Shown: positions 61,413 to 64,000 of the stretch, one piece after another
Layout: every line of letters starts with the position of its first letter
Numbering within the stretch: position 1 is the stretch's first letter
Assembly: GCA_950097015.1 (NCBI GenBank)
Contig: CATNEN010000034.1
Span: 5,146,001-5,210,000, forward strand
Length of the DNA: 64,000 bases
Direction: 5' to 3'
DNA from: Macrostomum hystrix
Lineage: Eukaryota; Animalia; Platyhelminthes
Notes under the pieces: generated by a model
Databases searched by the model: none
What the model was told of the DNA's origin: nothing
What the model saw: the letters and a program-made list of their open reading frames with translations, nothing else
Program-made: the position numbers and the translations under genes

Positions 61413-64000
61413 TGGAGATCGGCTCTGTGACGTTTTGAGGGAAACGCTTTCACAAGCTTAAAATTTGACAACGTTGAATTAGGGGAACTTCATTAGCCTG
61501 CAATTTCACAACACCGAAATTTCACAGCCCAAATAGAGAGTATTATCATCATACTTCATCAGCCCGAAATTTCACAAACCTGAAATAATTCACATCGTCA
61601 CGTCGATCGACCTGCAGCTAACTACTCAACGTCGAAATTTCACAACATCGAAATTTCAGACCGTCGAATCTGACTGCAGAGAGGTGAAACTTACTAATAG
61701 AGGAAAGCTTAACAGACGAGCTTTTCCAGGCTCGTCGAGAGAAATTTTATGCTTTTTCCCCGTCTAGACCTCTGCCGTCGGGTGAAGAGAACTTATACAG
61801 TTGTGAACAATACAACACAAAAGAAATAGAAAATCCATAGCAATTGCAGAAAAGTGGAATGAAAATGATTTAGTTCTTTATACGACTGTCAGAAATGTTT
61901 TAAACTATCGTATAGTTTTGTTTAGTTTTTCTGTTTCAAAGTAAAGATATAATTCAAAGGGAAAAGGAAGATTAATTTAGATAGATAAATAATATTGCCG
62001 CTGTTACATAAATTAAAAGCAGGAATGTTTTGTTGCATAATAAATTTCAGGAATATCACTTGAATTTGACACTATTTATAGCAAAAATCACTAGAATCTA
62101 GTTAGAACGATTTAAAAAAATTCTGTTGTAAATAAATTGTATCTTAAACTCAACAACAGTCGTTTTTGCAACAGAACCGAACTCGTGCTTATCTATCTCG
62201 CAATGTCTTTGGCAAAGTAAGTTAATTATCTTGTTGGCCATGCTCTAGTAAAGGTTTGTTCTATGCATGACTATCCTGCCCAAAGCCTCCAACTCCCAAG
62301 GCCATACTTTTATTAGTTATTCTAGTTATGACAGAGCAGTCAGTTTTTTTTATTTTTTACTATTGTTCATACATTTTTTATCAGAATTGTTGTAAAGCAT
62401 TGTCATTACAGCACTTACTTGGTATCTACTTTTAGTTTTACACAATACACATGTAAAGACCAATTCTAAGTGACATAATGTAAGTTTGTTATTTTTTAGG
62501 CAGTTGTTATTTGTCGGGTCAAACGGACAAATAGCCATTTGATTATTCATCCTGTTAGCTGAGTTATAAGTTATAACTAAGTTATAAGGGGTTGTAGCGC
62601 TACCACGAGAACCTCTATCATTTGTAAGATAAAAAAATTTACAAGCTGCAAAAGGACAGTCATTCAGATTTGAAGTTTGTGTCTCAAATTATTTTTGCTT
62701 ATCAGCTAATTAAAAAAATTAATACCTTTTCCAGAAATTTGGTTGTTTCAGGGACTAACTTAGTTCAAGGGTATAGTTTAATCTTTGTGAGGTCAAGACT
62801 CAAGATGGCTCTCAGCAGGGCAAGAGTGGTCTTTGGGAGGATTGTTGCTCTTGCTCATTGAAAGGGGAGAAATTAAGTCCTTGGGTGGTTAACTGGTTAA
62901 CCGGACAAATAATCATTTAACTACCAATTTTTTAACTATAAAGATCTCCACTTCTAACCTTAAAATATCAAGTTGCATTACTTGCATTTATAAAGTAGTT
63001 ATACTCATGCATAACAAAAACCTTTTACAAACCAATGTTTTTTTACAAAAGAGAGTTTCAAAATATTTTTGTTTATGTTATTTATGTAAGTTTAAGTATA
63101 TGTTTAAGTATGTATATAACTGTCTCAGTTTAAGTAGGAACATGTACATGGTACACTTTGTGTAATTTACACTGGAAGCTAGATTAAAAAATTACCATAT
63201 GTATCTTTGTCAGTAAGCTGCAAAAATTCTCTATGTTGTATTGGTTAAAGCATACAAGAAACATATTTTTATGTTTAATTAAAAGCTCAAAATTTAACAA
63301 ATAATTGTTATTGTGTTAATTAAGGTTAAATAAAAACAAGTATGCCATTTTATTAAATGATTAAATAAAGAAAACATAAAAAACAGCTTTAACAGATTTG
63401 TAAATTGGAACAACTTAAATATTGTTAATATCATTCTTTGAATGCACAGTCTGTGAATGCCCACTGGCCACCTCATGCATTATGCTAATATCCGATTGAG
63501 CTAATAGAGCATTGAGCCAGTATTGCTGACAATCTATTTGTATGCCAGTTTATGTGAAAAAGTCAAATCCACACTAAAAATATCCAAATCATCTAAAAAC
63601 TATAAATTATTGAACACTGGTATTTTTTATAGATAATACACTGAACTTGAACTATAACTGCTACGATTACAATTGAAGTAAGGATATATTTTAAGGATAA
63701 GGAGAAATCAGAAAAACTGTGTCTGTGTGTGAATGATATTTTAAAATGTACCCGATTGTTTGTTGTATGCAATAGAAAACCAACAAGTCAATCAGAACTT
63801 AAAACCAAATAACTAAGTAAAAGAAAAATAACTTTTTTGGCAAAAATATACTTTGTTAAGCTTAGCAAGTCACATAGTGGCTAAAACAATATAGCTATTT
63901 TGCATGTTTGGAAAATTGGTGTGGATTCAAGTTTAGAGGATGGCTACCATTTTTTGTATTGCTTTTATATAAAACTACATTAATTATCATTGCAATAAAA

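Noticed and set aside
61530-61562. Minus-strand CTGATGA plus AGTAT/ATACT hairpin
   Set aside because: No GAAA or cleavage triplet downstream

Overview
Metazoan (spliceosomal-intron) genomic DNA, roughly half of it short-period tandem repeats (about 30 arrays, unit 10-45 bp) that fill introns and intergenic space. This architecture, with GC-rich exons, suggests a free-living flatworm such as Macrostomum (inference only). By manual splicing I can support four protein genes. (1) The 3' part of a class A GPCR (+, exons ~728-1256 and 1677-2022). (2) An 8-exon secreted protein with signal peptide, two F5/8 type C (discoidin) domains and an F-type lectin-like domain (-, 21335 to 8478). (3) A 2-exon 153-aa orphan starting MGCTKSK (-, 35233 to 33949). 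(4) A 3-exon even-skipped/Evx homeobox gene (+, 46483-49960). The long ORFs in the supplied track are mostly translations of satellites. The best unexplained signal is at 18643-18864: a complete minimal type I hammerhead ribozyme lying between a tRNA-like A box and a perfect B box with a T6 terminator. The whole unit is enclosed in a long imperfect inverted repeat and sits inside a CT-rich repeat in intron 1 of gene 2. Also notable are two Evx intron minisatellites whose units carry nuclear-receptor/homeodomain-like and YY1/Pho-like motifs.
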